From positions 192,001 through 256,000 of the forward strand of contig JBNGBT010000002.1 of the NCBI GenBank assembly GCA_049903315.1: DNA of 64,000 bases, written 5' to 3'. Below the pieces are notes generated by a model that searched no databases, was not told the DNA's origin, and saw only the letters and a program-made list of their open reading frames with translations. Below, one piece after another: positions 30,323-40,630 of the stretch. The position numbers were made by a program, and so were the translations under genes. The stretch comes from Candidatus Cloacimonadota bacterium. Its GTDB lineage: Bacteria > Cloacimonadota > Cloacimonadia > JGIOTU-2. Within the stretch, counting starts at the first letter, position 1. Every line of letters starts with the position of its first letter.

Positions 30323-30505
30323 AATAGGACGCTGATCCACGCAGATTGAACAGATTTTCGCAGATTAAGAATTTTATTTATTTTTTTCATTTTATTTTCT
30401 AAATCAGTGTTCACCCTGTGAAATAATCCCGATACATCGGGATTCCTGCTTTGCAGGATTTCGCGGGGTAAATCAGCATAATCTGTGTTCATCAGTGTTC
30501 TATTC
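30323..30505. mobile_element. Gene-less (MITE-like) copy of the GxxExxY element containing a nested cruciform palindrome
   Basis: Left arm 37/42 identical to 19053-19094; right arm ends atcagtgttctattc; insert at 30413-30469. Confidence 0.7.
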
Positions 30506-30585
30506 TTCTGGTATTTTTCTAGATTATATCTATAAAAAATCCTTAAACTTGACAGCTCCATCCCTAAAGAACTTATTCCAAATAC

Positions 30586-31044
30586 ATGAAAAATGAAAAC
30601 AAAATTCTCAAAGAAGTTATCATCTATTGCGACGGCTCATGCAAAGGAAATCCCGGTCCTGGTGGGTGGGCATCAATACTTGTCTATCGTAGAAAAAGAA
30701 AAATTCTCACCGGTTTTGCCAGAGAAACGACCAACAACATCATGGAACTCACCTGCGCGGTCAAAGCGCTTGAAGCATTAAAAGAGCCATGCACAGTCGT
30801 AGTTTACTCGGACTCGACATATCTCGTGAAAGGCATGACTGAATGGTTACAGAACTGGAAAGAGAAGCAATGGAAAAATTCACAAAAAAAACTCATTAAG
30901 AATCTTGAATTATGGCAGCAGCTCGATAGATTCGCAAAGAAACACACGATATACTGGCAGTGGCTCAAAGGGCACGAAGGCCATCCTGAAAACGAAGAAT
31001 GTGACAGGTTGGCAAAAAATGAAATAAAAAAACGTTTAAAATAA
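30586..31044 (+). CDS. rnhA: Ribonuclease HI
   Basis: DGSC.GNPGPGGW, TTNN.MEL, DS.Y, W.KGH.GHPENE.CD.LA. Confidence 0.97.
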   Translation: MKNENKILKEVIIYCDGSCKGNPGPGGWASILVYRRKRKILTGFARETTNNIMELTCAVKALEALKEPCTVVVYSDSTYLVKGMTEWLQNWKEKQWKNSQKKLIKNLELWQQLDRFAKKHTIYWQWLKGHEGHPENEECDRLAKNEIKKRLK

Positions 31045-31065
31045 TATGATCTATCAGGAGATTTA

Positions 31066-31572
31066 ATGAAAAAAATAATTTTACTTATGATTATTCCTTT
31101 GTTATTATTCGGCTGTAGTTTGCTTAAGAATGTTCCCAAAGAGCGTCTGCAAACTCAATTCCTTCCTGAATATGTGAAAAATCTCTATCTTGGCATGCCT
31201 CTCGAAGATTTTGAAGAGATCAAAGATATGAATACTATGATCGCTGAAAAGGGAATCTCATTTCGACATCAGTATGAAGAAGTTATCAATGATGACCGGC
31301 TTGAATCAATAGTGTATTACTTTGATGCGAATATTTCATCTCAACCCTTGTATGAAATGATCTTTATTTTCAAGCCGGATTTTAATGTAAAAACCTATGC
31401 CAATGAAATGTATGGCACACCTTCGGTTGATTTTCATTTACCATTTGACGAATGGTGCTGGCCGAGTGGGGAAGGTTTCCAGATCGTTGCATGGACTTTT
31501 GAAAACAAACTTGTTATCATCGGTACGATCAAGAAGACCGAATGGGGCGACCTTAATATTTGCGGAGAATAA
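31066..31572 (+). CDS. Hypothetical lipoprotein
   Basis: Lipobox LFGC; AGGAG RBS. Confidence 0.75.
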   Translation: MKKIILLMIIPLLLFGCSLLKNVPKERLQTQFLPEYVKNLYLGMPLEDFEEIKDMNTMIAEKGISFRHQYEEVINDDRLESIVYYFDANISSQPLYEMIFIFKPDFNVKTYANEMYGTPSVDFHLPFDEWCWPSGEGFQIVAWTFENKLVIIGTIKKTEWGDLNICGE

Positions 31573-32138
31573 TGGTTTTTGAAACACCTCGTTTGATCAT
31601 CAGAATTCCTACAACAAAAGATGAAGATGTGGATTTTTATTTCCAGCTCTGGAATGATCCGCGCGTGATGAAGAATGTCGGTTTTCCAAAAGGACTTATG
31701 AAGCGTAGGGAAGATATCATTGCACAACTTGCCCGAATCTATCCATCTGAATACGACCGTACTTTGATAGTGATAGAAAAACAGAGCAACAAACCGGTTG
31801 GAGAATGCAAGCTGGGTTCAGCAAACGAAGAAGGCGTTGCACATACTGATGTGAAATTAATACCTGAATTCTGGGGAAAGGGATTTGGTGTAGAGATTAA
31901 ACAAGCATTGGTTGATTATCTCTTTACCCATACAACTTGTAATTCGATAGAAGCATCTCCAAACAAAGAGAATATTGCGTCTCAGAAAATGCAGGAAAAA
32001 GTAGGCGGCATACGAATCAGAGAAGGGACATATCATTTCCCGGAGCACATGAAATCCTATACAAAATCTGTTGACTTGTACATTTATAGATTGGATCGAG
32101 CTGTCTGGCAAAAAAATATAAAATTTGATAATAAATGA
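31572..32138 (+). CDS. GNAT N-acetyltransferase (RimJ/RimL-like)
   Basis: ETPRL, FWGKGFG.E, N.ASQK..EK.G; TAATG overlap. Confidence 0.85.
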   Translation: MVFETPRLIIRIPTTKDEDVDFYFQLWNDPRVMKNVGFPKGLMKRREDIIAQLARIYPSEYDRTLIVIEKQSNKPVGECKLGSANEEGVAHTDVKLIPEFWGKGFGVEIKQALVDYLFTHTTCNSIEASPNKENIASQKMQEKVGGIRIREGTYHFPEHMKSYTKSVDLYIYRLDRAVWQKNIKFDNK

Positions 32139-32176
32139 AAATGTTAAAATTTTAAAAATAAAAGGAGATTTTAGAT

Positions 32177-32536
32177 ATGGAAAATGCAATTACTTATTTG
32201 AATGCAAATCCGATTTTGTGGGTAATTCTTGGTATTTTAGCTGTTTTATTAATTGTTGCAATTATTAAAAAGATGTTCAAATTACTTATTGTACTGGTTG
32301 TGATCGCACTGGTATATTTAGGTTATTTATTCTTCACAGGTAAGGAAATTCCCATGAATAAAGAGGGCTGGATCGAGCATGGTAAGGAGTTGATTGAAAA
32401 AGGAAAAGATGCCGGTAAAGACCTGCTTGATAAGGGAAAAGAAGCAGGAAAAGATCTGCTAGAAAAAGGGAAAGACGCAGGTGAGGATTTGATAGAGAAA
32501 GGTAAGGAGGAATTGAAGAAGAAAACAGATGGTTAG
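32177..32536 (+). CDS. Small membrane protein with 11-residue amphipathic repeats
   Basis: Two TM helices, then four GKD/ELLEKGKE/DA-type repeats. Confidence 0.75.
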   Translation: MENAITYLNANPILWVILGILAVLLIVAIIKKMFKLLIVLVVIALVYLGYLFFTGKEIPMNKEGWIEHGKELIEKGKDAGKDLLDKGKEAGKDLLEKGKDAGEDLIEKGKEELKKKTDG

Positions 32537-32582
32537 AATGCTGTAAAAATGTTGTTTCCTATAATTGAATTTTTCTAATTCT

Positions 32583-32609
32583 CTCTGTGTACTCTGTGTA
32601 CTCTGTGGT
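32583..32609. repeat. 9-mer array (ctctgtgta x3)
   Basis: Same family as 2210-2236. Confidence 0.75.
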
Positions 32610-32636
32610 TATATTATAATTCTGTTTACCCTTCTA

Positions 32637-33296
32637 TTAGGCTCTGATCACCCCGAAACTGACTGCAGAATTTATCATTGCTTGCAGTTCATTGATGGCT
32701 TTGGATACCGACTGCCCGATGAGATCCATTTTGGATATTTGGTAGATGCGTTCGGATGCTTTTTTGATTTCCTGGGCAGAAAATATCTGTTCAACAAGCC
32801 CGCAGGATTTTATAAGAGATATAATTACAATATCGCGGGGTTCGGGAATTTCATCACTGAGAACGATCTTACGAATACGATTCTTGACTGTTAATTCTTC
32901 TGTATTGTTAAGAATAGGATACCGCTTTTGAGGAAAAAGCCCGAGAATTTTCTTCTTCTTTTCTTCAAGAATACCGTTATTAACAAGCCGTTGTGTTAGC
33001 ACTTCTCTCAGATTGCTGTATTTGTTTCTTATCTCTTTTACCCAATATAAAGCATTCTTGCTGTCAGGATATTGCTTGATCATTTGAATAATATCATCAT
33101 AGACAGGATCACCTGTTTCAGTATCATCAATGAGGATCAGGTGCTCAAGATCAGTATCTATTTTATTTTCTAACGCAAGTTCCATCAAAATAGCTCCTGC
33201 AAGTGCGCTTTCGAAAGACATAAGCGACATAGGTAGAAAATTTCCCTTCTTGTCATCAAGAGAAAGTAAAATTAATTCTTCTGCAAAACTAAGCAT
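32637..33296 (-). CDS. GPP34/GOLPH3 (Vps74) family protein
   Basis: LSFAEELILL.LDD..G, LAGA.L.ELAL..KI, L...GIL......LGLFP..RYP. Confidence 0.85.
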   Translation of the reverse strand: MLSFAEELILLSLDDKKGNFLPMSLMSFESALAGAILMELALENKIDTDLEHLILIDDTETGDPVYDDIIQMIKQYPDSKNALYWVKEIRNKYSNLREVLTQRLVNNGILEEKKKKILGLFPQKRYPILNNTEELTVKNRIRKIVLSDEIPEPRDIVIISLIKSCGLVEQIFSAQEIKKASERIYQISKMDLIGQSVSKAINELQAMINSAVSFGVIRA

Positions 33297-33478
33297 CCAC
33301 ATTCTCCATAGATTTATTTACATACGATTCACTTGAAATGAAAAAAAACAGTCAATGAAATTTATTCAATTAAAAAAATAAACTGAGAAAACATCCAAAA
33401 TGACAAATACTTTGACAAGAATAATCCATCTCCGTCATATATAGACGATATAAAGAAATGTTATTCGTTGGAGGATAG

Positions 33479-34843
33479 ATGATTAATCCGCAGATATTCA
33501 GAGAATATGATATACGTGGCATTGTTGATAAGGATCTCACAGACCATGCTGTCGAGAATATCGGGCTCAGCTTTGGCACCTATTTACATAAATTGAATTT
33601 AAAAACCGTTGCTCTCGGCGGGGACTGCCGCCTCAGCTCGAATAAATTTCGTGCAATACTCAGCAATGCGCTTCAAGAAACGGGTTGCAAAGTTATTGAT
33701 GTGGGCACAGTTCCCACACCTGTATTGTATTATGCAATAGAAAAATTGAAGACAGATGGTGGAATAATGGTTACCGGAAGTCACAATCCTCCGGAATTCA
33801 ACGGCTTTAAACTCTGCGTAGGCACCTTTTCCATTTATGGGCAGGAAATTCAGAAGATTAGAGAGATCATTGATGAGGGCGTATACATTTCCGGAGAAGG
33901 TTCTTATGAAAAATATGATTCAATCATTCAGGATTACCAGGATTATGTGGTGGAACATCTTCTATTGGACAGACCTCTCAAGGTGATCGTGGACTCAGGA
34001 AATGGCACTGCCGGACCAGTTGCGCCAGATATTTATCGCAGATTGGGATGCAAGGTCATTTCCCTTTTTGAAGAAATGGACGGCACCTTTCCAAATCATC
34101 ATCCTGATCCCACTGTCGAAAAAAATATTGAAACGCTTATCAGAAAAGTGATAGATGAAAAAGCTGATCTTGGAATTGGCTTTGATGGCGATTCCGATCG
34201 CATTGGCGCAGTTGATGAGAATGGAAATATTGTGTGGGGCGATCAGCTTCTCATGATATTTTCACGAGCTTTACTCAAAGATCACCCTGGTGCAACAATT
34301 ATTTCTGAAGTGAAAGCATCAAAAAATTTCTATGATGATGTGCGAAAACAAGGTGGAAATCCAATTATGTGGAAAACCGGGCACTCACTTATTAAGGAAA
34401 AAATGAGAGAGGAAGAAGCGCTTCTCGGTGGAGAAATGAGCGGACACATGTTCTTTGCAGATAAGTATTTCGGTTATGATGATGCAATCTATGCTGGTGG
34501 CAGACTGCTTGAAATTCTCTCCCGAACTGACAAACATCTCAGCGAACTGCTCTCTGATGTACCTCCTGTTTACAACACTCCTGAGATCAGAATTGACTGT
34601 CCTGATGAAAAGAAATTCGAGGTCGTTGAACAGGTGAAAAGTTATTTTGAAAAGAAGAAATGCAATATAAATGATATTGACGGAATGCGTATTACTTTTG
34701 AGGACGGATGGGCTTTAGTGCGCGCCTCGAACACCCAACCCGTGCTGGTACTCAGGTTTGAAAGCACTACAGAACAGCGCCTTGCTGAGATCAAAGATAT
34801 GATCATGAGAAAAGTTGAGGAGTTTATTAAAGCAGCTTCCTGA
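33479..34843 (+). CDS. Phosphomannomutase/phosphoglucomutase (AlgC-like)
   Basis: FREYDIRG, TGSHNP, DGDSDR, GEMSGH, RASNTQP. Confidence 0.95.
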   Translation: MINPQIFREYDIRGIVDKDLTDHAVENIGLSFGTYLHKLNLKTVALGGDCRLSSNKFRAILSNALQETGCKVIDVGTVPTPVLYYAIEKLKTDGGIMVTGSHNPPEFNGFKLCVGTFSIYGQEIQKIREIIDEGVYISGEGSYEKYDSIIQDYQDYVVEHLLLDRPLKVIVDSGNGTAGPVAPDIYRRLGCKVISLFEEMDGTFPNHHPDPTVEKNIETLIRKVIDEKADLGIGFDGDSDRIGAVDENGNIVWGDQLLMIFSRALLKDHPGATIISEVKASKNFYDDVRKQGGNPIMWKTGHSLIKEKMREEEALLGGEMSGHMFFADKYFGYDDAIYAGGRLLEILSRTDKHLSELLSDVPPVYNTPEIRIDCPDEKKFEVVEQVKSYFEKKKCNINDIDGMRITFEDGWALVRASNTQPVLVLRFESTTEQRLAEIKDMIMRKVEEFIKAAS

Positions 34844-34847
34844 TCCC

Positions 34848-35324
34848 ATGAGCTTTTCACGCGAGATATACGTTTCTGATCTGCTTTCCCCGGAAGCTAT
34901 TAGCCTCAATATTACTGAACCGAATAAAATACAGCTTCTACAATTTTTATGCACTCGCATGTCGAAAGTGTATTCTGATGTTGACGAGAAACCATTTTTC
35001 AGAGATATTTCACAAAGAGAGAATGATCTTTCCACAGGCATTGGAAATCATATTGCGATTCCTCATGCAATTTCAGAAAATGCCAAAAAACTTCACCTCT
35101 TCTTTGCTACACATACAGGCATTGAATATGACTCTCTTGATGGAAAACCGGTGAATATCATTTTTATGCTTGCAATACCTTCAGCAAAAAAACAACTATA
35201 CTCGTCATTTCTTATGCAGGTCTCTTCTCTAATGAGAATACGCGAACTAAGAGATGAATTGATAAAAGCAAAAAAATCCGAACAAGTCATAGGGCTTTTC
35301 AAAAAATATGAGAATATGAAATAA
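34848..35324 (+). CDS. PTS EIIA-type 2 (fructose/Ntr-like) domain protein
   Basis: RE...STGIG..IAIPHA; DSLDGKPV..IF.L. Confidence 0.88.
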   Translation: MSFSREIYVSDLLSPEAISLNITEPNKIQLLQFLCTRMSKVYSDVDEKPFFRDISQRENDLSTGIGNHIAIPHAISENAKKLHLFFATHTGIEYDSLDGKPVNIIFMLAIPSAKKQLYSSFLMQVSSLMRIRELRDELIKAKKSEQVIGLFKKYENMK

Positions 35325-38300
35325 TGAAAAAAATAGTCTGCCTTCTCATTTTATTAAGTGTTTCTGTAGTTCTTATCGCAGAAACTGAATCCATGACCCT
35401 TCATTTTACGAAGGAAGACTTTACGTTTACAAAGCAAAATAATTATGATGTGATTAATCCTCCGCAGAATAATAATTTTGTATTTACTACGGGATTAGGC
35501 GAACCGCAGCTTCCCTTGAAAATTATCACACTCTCGATCCCTTATGATAAAGAGATAAGTGAAGTGAAGATAATTCATAAAAAGGTACATGCACTCAAGG
35601 GTGAGTTCTTGCTCTATCCAGTGCAAAAGCCAAAAGTATTATCAGATGAATCTCCAATGGAGTTTATTACTGCTGATCCTGCCATCTACGGGAAATCATC
35701 AATATTCCCTGAGCATGTCCTACAAATCTCAAGATCGGGATTTCTTTCCGGATATCATCTCGGATCTTTTTTAGTGAGTCCTTTTCAATATGATTCTTTA
35801 AATAACGAGCTGGTTTTTATAGATGAACTCAAATTAGAAATAGTGTATTCTGAGAGCAAAACATCCGGCATCGAAATTTCGCAGAGAAGCCAAGCAACTC
35901 AAACCTTTCTCTCGGAGCAGATAGCAAAGGTTGCTTATAATAAAAATGATATTCATGATCCTCATACTGTTCTTAAAGAAGTTAAGGACGATATTTATGA
36001 ATACGTGATCATTACAACGAATAATTTTAAGGCAGAATTCCAGCCACTTGCTGAGTGGAAAACGCAGAAAGGAATTCGCACACTGGTTGTTTCTACCACA
36101 GATATTTTCAATAATTATGGTGGAGTTGATAATGCGGAGAAAGTAAGGAATTTCATAAAGGATTACTATCAAAACCATGGAACATTGTGGATTCTTCTTG
36201 GTGGAGATACGAATTTTGTCCCATACAGAGTAGCATTTGCTTTTGACTGTGAATATAGTTCGTATTCGGATAATTTTCTTCCCTGTGATCTTTATTTTTC
36301 CGACCTTAACGGCACATGGAATGATAACGGCAATCTGATTTACGGCGAACTTGAAGACAATATAGATATGTATCCTGATGTGTTCGTTGGTCGGGCATCT
36401 GTAGAAAACATCCAGGAAGTTACTGCCTTTGTCGATAAAATTCTCACTTATGAAAAGAATCCACCTACTGATTATCAAACAGATATGATGTTCCTTGCTC
36501 AGGTTTTATGGAATGATCCGTACACCGATTCCGGGGTAAGTAAAAATTTTATTGATGAAGCATACGTGCCATTTCAGTTCGATCCAATAACAAAGTTATA
36601 TCAATCACTTGGAAATACATCACTTGATATTGTAATGGACAGTCTTAATGCAGGAAAGCACATTGTAAATCATTGTGGTCACGCATGGTATGGATCGATG
36701 TCACTCGGTAACGGTTCACTTCATAATAGTAATATGGATAATCTTACGAATGCGCCTGCATTCTCGATATGGTACACGATCGGATGTTGGCCCGCAGCTT
36801 TTGATTATAACTGCATTGCTGAACATTGGATAAATAATGCTAATGGCGGAGGGGTAGCTTTCATAGGAAATTCACGCTATGGATGGGGAAGTCCGGGCAA
36901 TCCGCTTTATGGGTATTCAGACACATTTGATCAGGAGTTTTTTAAACAACTTTTTCAGGATGAAATACATAATATTGGTATGACTATGGCATTTGCAAAA
37001 TCTGTGTATGTGCCTTATTCAAGAAATGAGAATGTCTTCCGCTGGTGCGAATATGAGATAAACCTTCTCGGCGAACCGGAGATGCAGATATGGACTGATC
37101 TTCCGCAGAATTTATACGTAACGCATCCTGATAGTATTGCAATTGGAAATTGCGATGTGCAGATCACCGTTAGTGATGGAACGAATCCTTTGAAAAATGC
37201 TCGAGTATGTATGATGCAAAGTGATGAAATATATCAAGTGGCTTATACTGATATGCAGGGAATGGCTTATTTCTCGATTTCCACATGCAATGTAATTGAG
37301 GATATTCTTCTGACAGTAACTGCAGAGGACTATTTACCCTATCAAAGCACTATAAAGGTTATCGGAGATATTCCATATGTGATGATTGATTCTTATACAA
37401 CGAATAATTCGGTGCACGGATATGTGATACCTGGAACAAATGTAAGCGTGGATGCAGGATTCCATAATTTCGGACAGATGCCAGCACAGAATGTTGATGT
37501 TCTTCTCATAAATACAAGTGACCTTATAACGCTCATAGACAGCACTCATTATATTTCATACCTTGATCCTAAAACAGGTATCTTTGAAGAAAATGTTTTT
37601 TCCTTCTATGTTTCCCCTGAAGTTGAAAATGGGGAAGTGCTTCCAATTCAATACTCAATTACAGATAATGCAGATGGTTTGTGGGAAGGAACAATTTCAG
37701 TAACAGGTGCCTCTCCTATTTTTGAATATATATATCACCAGGTTTTCGATTCGACAAACGGGAATGGAAACAACATTCCTGAACCGGGTGAGCAGATTGA
37801 TATCAGGCTTATCGTAAAAAACACAGGGCTTTCTCAATCATTCGATACTCAACTTTCTCTTTCCTCGGATAGCCCGTGTGTGAATATACCCTATTGCATC
37901 TGGGATATTGGTGATGTGCCTGCAGGTCAGTGTACAGAATGCACAGTCACTTTGATGATAAACAGCTCATGCATTCCACCGGAATTCGCAGATATTGAAC
38001 TCGCGTTTATAGATAGTCTGGGATTTACATGTGTCGATACATTCAAACTTACAATTGGTGAGACAGGATTTTCTGATGATGTGGAATCCGGAGATGACAA
38101 ATGGACTCATTGGGGAACTGAAGATCTCTGGCATCTTACTGATCGAAAATCAGTATCCGGCGATCATAGCTGGTACTGTGGAATTGAAGATTCAACATAT
38201 TATCCTGATAATGTAAACGAAGTACTCGAATCGATTTCGTTTACTATTGGAACAAATCCTGCACTTACTTTCTGGAGCTGGTATGAATTCACAAACTACG

Positions 38301-40483
38301 GTGTAGATGGTTTTTATGTAGAGATATATAACGGCACCGAATGGGTCATCCTCGATTTTATCGGAAGCGGAGGAGCGCTTCCTATACTCACTACAAAAAA
38401 TGGCTGGCTGGAATATACGTATGACCTTTCAGATATTCCTTCGGGAACTGAATCACAAATCCGATTCCAGTTCGTAAGCGATGATGAGGATGTTGCTGAA
38501 GGTGTTTATATAGATGATGTTGTAGTATTTACGGATGATTGCCCAATTTCTGTTGATTTTATTGCAGATACCTTTTATGGTGAAGAACCGGTCAGCGTGC
38601 AGTTTTCTGATCTCAGTTATGCTGAAACAGGTCCGATCACAAGCTGGGATTGGGATTTTGGAGATGGAAATACTTCACTCGAAATGGATCCCCAGCACAC
38701 TTATATTGAAGACGGATTATATACAGTCACATTGCAGGTAGCAGACCAATTCGGAATTACATCATTTACAAAAAAAACTGATTATCTTCATATCCTGCCT
38801 GATACAACGAAGACAGTATATGTGAATCCTGACGGCACAGGTGATTTCACAAATATTTCAGAAGCGCTTGATGTTCTGAATGCAGGGGACAGTCTCATCA
38901 TCGCAGACGGAGTGTATGAAGGGATAATGAATACCGGTCTGGCTATCCCGAAAGATAATATCACGATCAGCTCTGAGAATGGTTATGAAAATTGTATTAT
39001 AGACGGAAGTGATCTTTATACTGCTTTTATGTGTGGATTTAAGGATGGAGTTACATTTTCAGGCATTACATTCTCTCACTGTTATCATAATGGATATGGA
39101 GGTGCAATAAGCACGAATGGCTCCACAACATTTATGAATTGCCTTTTTCAAGAATGTTCTTCAGATTATGATGGCGGTGCGATCTGGGCTGTTGGCGGAA
39201 CTTACTTAGAGATTGAAGATTGCCTTTTTGAAAACTGTGCTGCAGATGAAGGTGGTGCAGCTTACATCGAGCTCCTTGAAGAAGTTACGGTTAGAAATAG
39301 TGAGTTTTTATATTGCCAGAGTAATGATGATTCAGGTGGTGCACTCTACTTGAATGTCATCAATACCCTTGATATCAACTCTTGTGATTTTAATCAATGC
39401 AGTGCTTTGACTCCTGGTGAGGGTGGCGCAATCGTTACAAAAGATGTGTACTCAATGCAGATAAAGAATTCTCATTTCAACGAATGCGAGTCTGTTATTA
39501 ATGGAGGAGCTTTACACACTGAGGATTGCCAGGATGCCCTATTCGATTCATGCTCATTTATGTATAATGAGTCGGCAAGTGGTGGTGCGATCAAATTGGA
39601 AAATTCTTCTGTAGATATTACACATTGCGAATTCGGTTTCAATGAAGCGACTATCGGCGCAGGATGTTACATTGGACAGGGATCAATGGTCATAATCGAC
39701 AATTCATTGTTTTATGAAAATTCAAGCACTGCGACGAACTCCAAAGGGGGAGCACTTTATATTAATGATTGTGTGACTGCAGTAATAAATTCTACGATTG
39801 CCAATAATAACATGAATTCTCAGGGAGGTGGTATCAGTCATCTTGGTACTCATGTAATGTCAGTCTACAATTCGATACTGTGGAACAACTATCCGACAGA
39901 TATTTGGGCTGTTGATTCTACAAGAATAAATATCGCATATTCCGATGTAACAGAGCCATGGAACGGGCAGGGAAATATTTCTGCTGATCCACTTTTTGTG
40001 AATGTGTCAACATATGATTATCATTTTGATGAACTTTCCCCTTGCATCGATGTGGGGAGAAATAATTATGTGCAGGTGGAAACCGATCTTGATACACATG
40101 TACGTATTTGGGATGGTTCGGGAATTGGAGAAGCCATCGTGGATATGGGGTGTTACGAATACGGTGCACCAATTTTTTCTGTTGATCCAGATATTCCACA
40201 ATACGATGGAGCTTCTCTTGTAAAGAACTTCCCGAATCCGTTTACAAATCAAACAAAAATAAGTTACTATTTACCTACTCAGCTGCACTGTTCCATAGCG
40301 ATCTATAATATTAAAGGACAAAAGGTTGTCTCGCTCGTAAGTCAAATGGAGCAAGCAGGATATCACACTGTTAAATGGGATGGGAAGGATCATTATGATA
40401 TAGATGTAGCCAACGGTATTTACTTCTACATTTTGGAAACAGAAAAACAAAAATCTGTAAGGAAGTTAGTTCTGATGAGATGA
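35324..40483 (+). CDS. Large gingipain-like C25 cysteine peptidase with propeptide, Ig, MAM-like, PKD and beta-helix domains and T9SS-A/FlgD-like CTD
   Basis: LLGGD, VGR, NHCGH, IGC, GGVAFIG..R, LLGEP; WDWDFGDG (PKD); NFPNPF...WDG. Confidence 0.9.
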   Translation: MKKIVCLLILLSVSVVLIAETESMTLHFTKEDFTFTKQNNYDVINPPQNNNFVFTTGLGEPQLPLKIITLSIPYDKEISEVKIIHKKVHALKGEFLLYPVQKPKVLSDESPMEFITADPAIYGKSSIFPEHVLQISRSGFLSGYHLGSFLVSPFQYDSLNNELVFIDELKLEIVYSESKTSGIEISQRSQATQTFLSEQIAKVAYNKNDIHDPHTVLKEVKDDIYEYVIITTNNFKAEFQPLAEWKTQKGIRTLVVSTTDIFNNYGGVDNAEKVRNFIKDYYQNHGTLWILLGGDTNFVPYRVAFAFDCEYSSYSDNFLPCDLYFSDLNGTWNDNGNLIYGELEDNIDMYPDVFVGRASVENIQEVTAFVDKILTYEKNPPTDYQTDMMFLAQVLWNDPYTDSGVSKNFIDEAYVPFQFDPITKLYQSLGNTSLDIVMDSLNAGKHIVNHCGHAWYGSMSLGNGSLHNSNMDNLTNAPAFSIWYTIGCWPAAFDYNCIAEHWINNANGGGVAFIGNSRYGWGSPGNPLYGYSDTFDQEFFKQLFQDEIHNIGMTMAFAKSVYVPYSRNENVFRWCEYEINLLGEPEMQIWTDLPQNLYVTHPDSIAIGNCDVQITVSDGTNPLKNARVCMMQSDEIYQVAYTDMQGMAYFSISTCNVIEDILLTVTAEDYLPYQSTIKVIGDIPYVMIDSYTTNNSVHGYVIPGTNVSVDAGFHNFGQMPAQNVDVLLINTSDLITLIDSTHYISYLDPKTGIFEENVFSFYVSPEVENGEVLPIQYSITDNADGLWEGTISVTGASPIFEYIYHQVFDSTNGNGNNIPEPGEQIDIRLIVKNTGLSQSFDTQLSLSSDSPCVNIPYCIWDIGDVPAGQCTECTVTLMINSSCIPPEFADIELAFIDSLGFTCVDTFKLTIGETGFSDDVESGDDKWTHWGTEDLWHLTDRKSVSGDHSWYCGIEDSTYYPDNVNEVLESISFTIGTNPALTFWSWYEFTNYGVDGFYVEIYNGTEWVILDFIGSGGALPILTTKNGWLEYTYDLSDIPSGTESQIRFQFVSDDEDVAEGVYIDDVVVFTDDCPISVDFIADTFYGEEPVSVQFSDLSYAETGPITSWDWDFGDGNTSLEMDPQHTYIEDGLYTVTLQVADQFGITSFTKKTDYLHILPDTTKTVYVNPDGTGDFTNISEALDVLNAGDSLIIADGVYEGIMNTGLAIPKDNITISSENGYENCIIDGSDLYTAFMCGFKDGVTFSGITFSHCYHNGYGGAISTNGSTTFMNCLFQECSSDYDGGAIWAVGGTYLEIEDCLFENCAADEGGAAYIELLEEVTVRNSEFLYCQSNDDSGGALYLNVINTLDINSCDFNQCSALTPGEGGAIVTKDVYSMQIKNSHFNECESVINGGALHTEDCQDALFDSCSFMYNESASGGAIKLENSSVDITHCEFGFNEATIGAGCYIGQGSMVIIDNSLFYENSSTATNSKGGALYINDCVTAVINSTIANNNMNSQGGGISHLGTHVMSVYNSILWNNYPTDIWAVDSTRINIAYSDVTEPWNGQGNISADPLFVNVSTYDYHFDELSPCIDVGRNNYVQVETDLDTHVRIWDGSGIGEAIVDMGCYEYGAPIFSVDPDIPQYDGASLVKNFPNPFTNQTKISYYLPTQLHCSIAIYNIKGQKVVSLVSQMEQAGYHTVKWDGKDHYDIDVANGIYFYILETEKQKSVRKLVLMR

Positions 40484-40630
40484 TATGAAACCAGTTTTCG
40501 CATGTAAACCATAGTAAGGTAATATCTGGGGAATATTAATTAACTACCACTCCTATAGTCTTTTATATATCTTGACGCATTACACTACCCATTTTTCCGT
40601 AACCCCCCAAAAACAAAAGGAGATCTTTAA

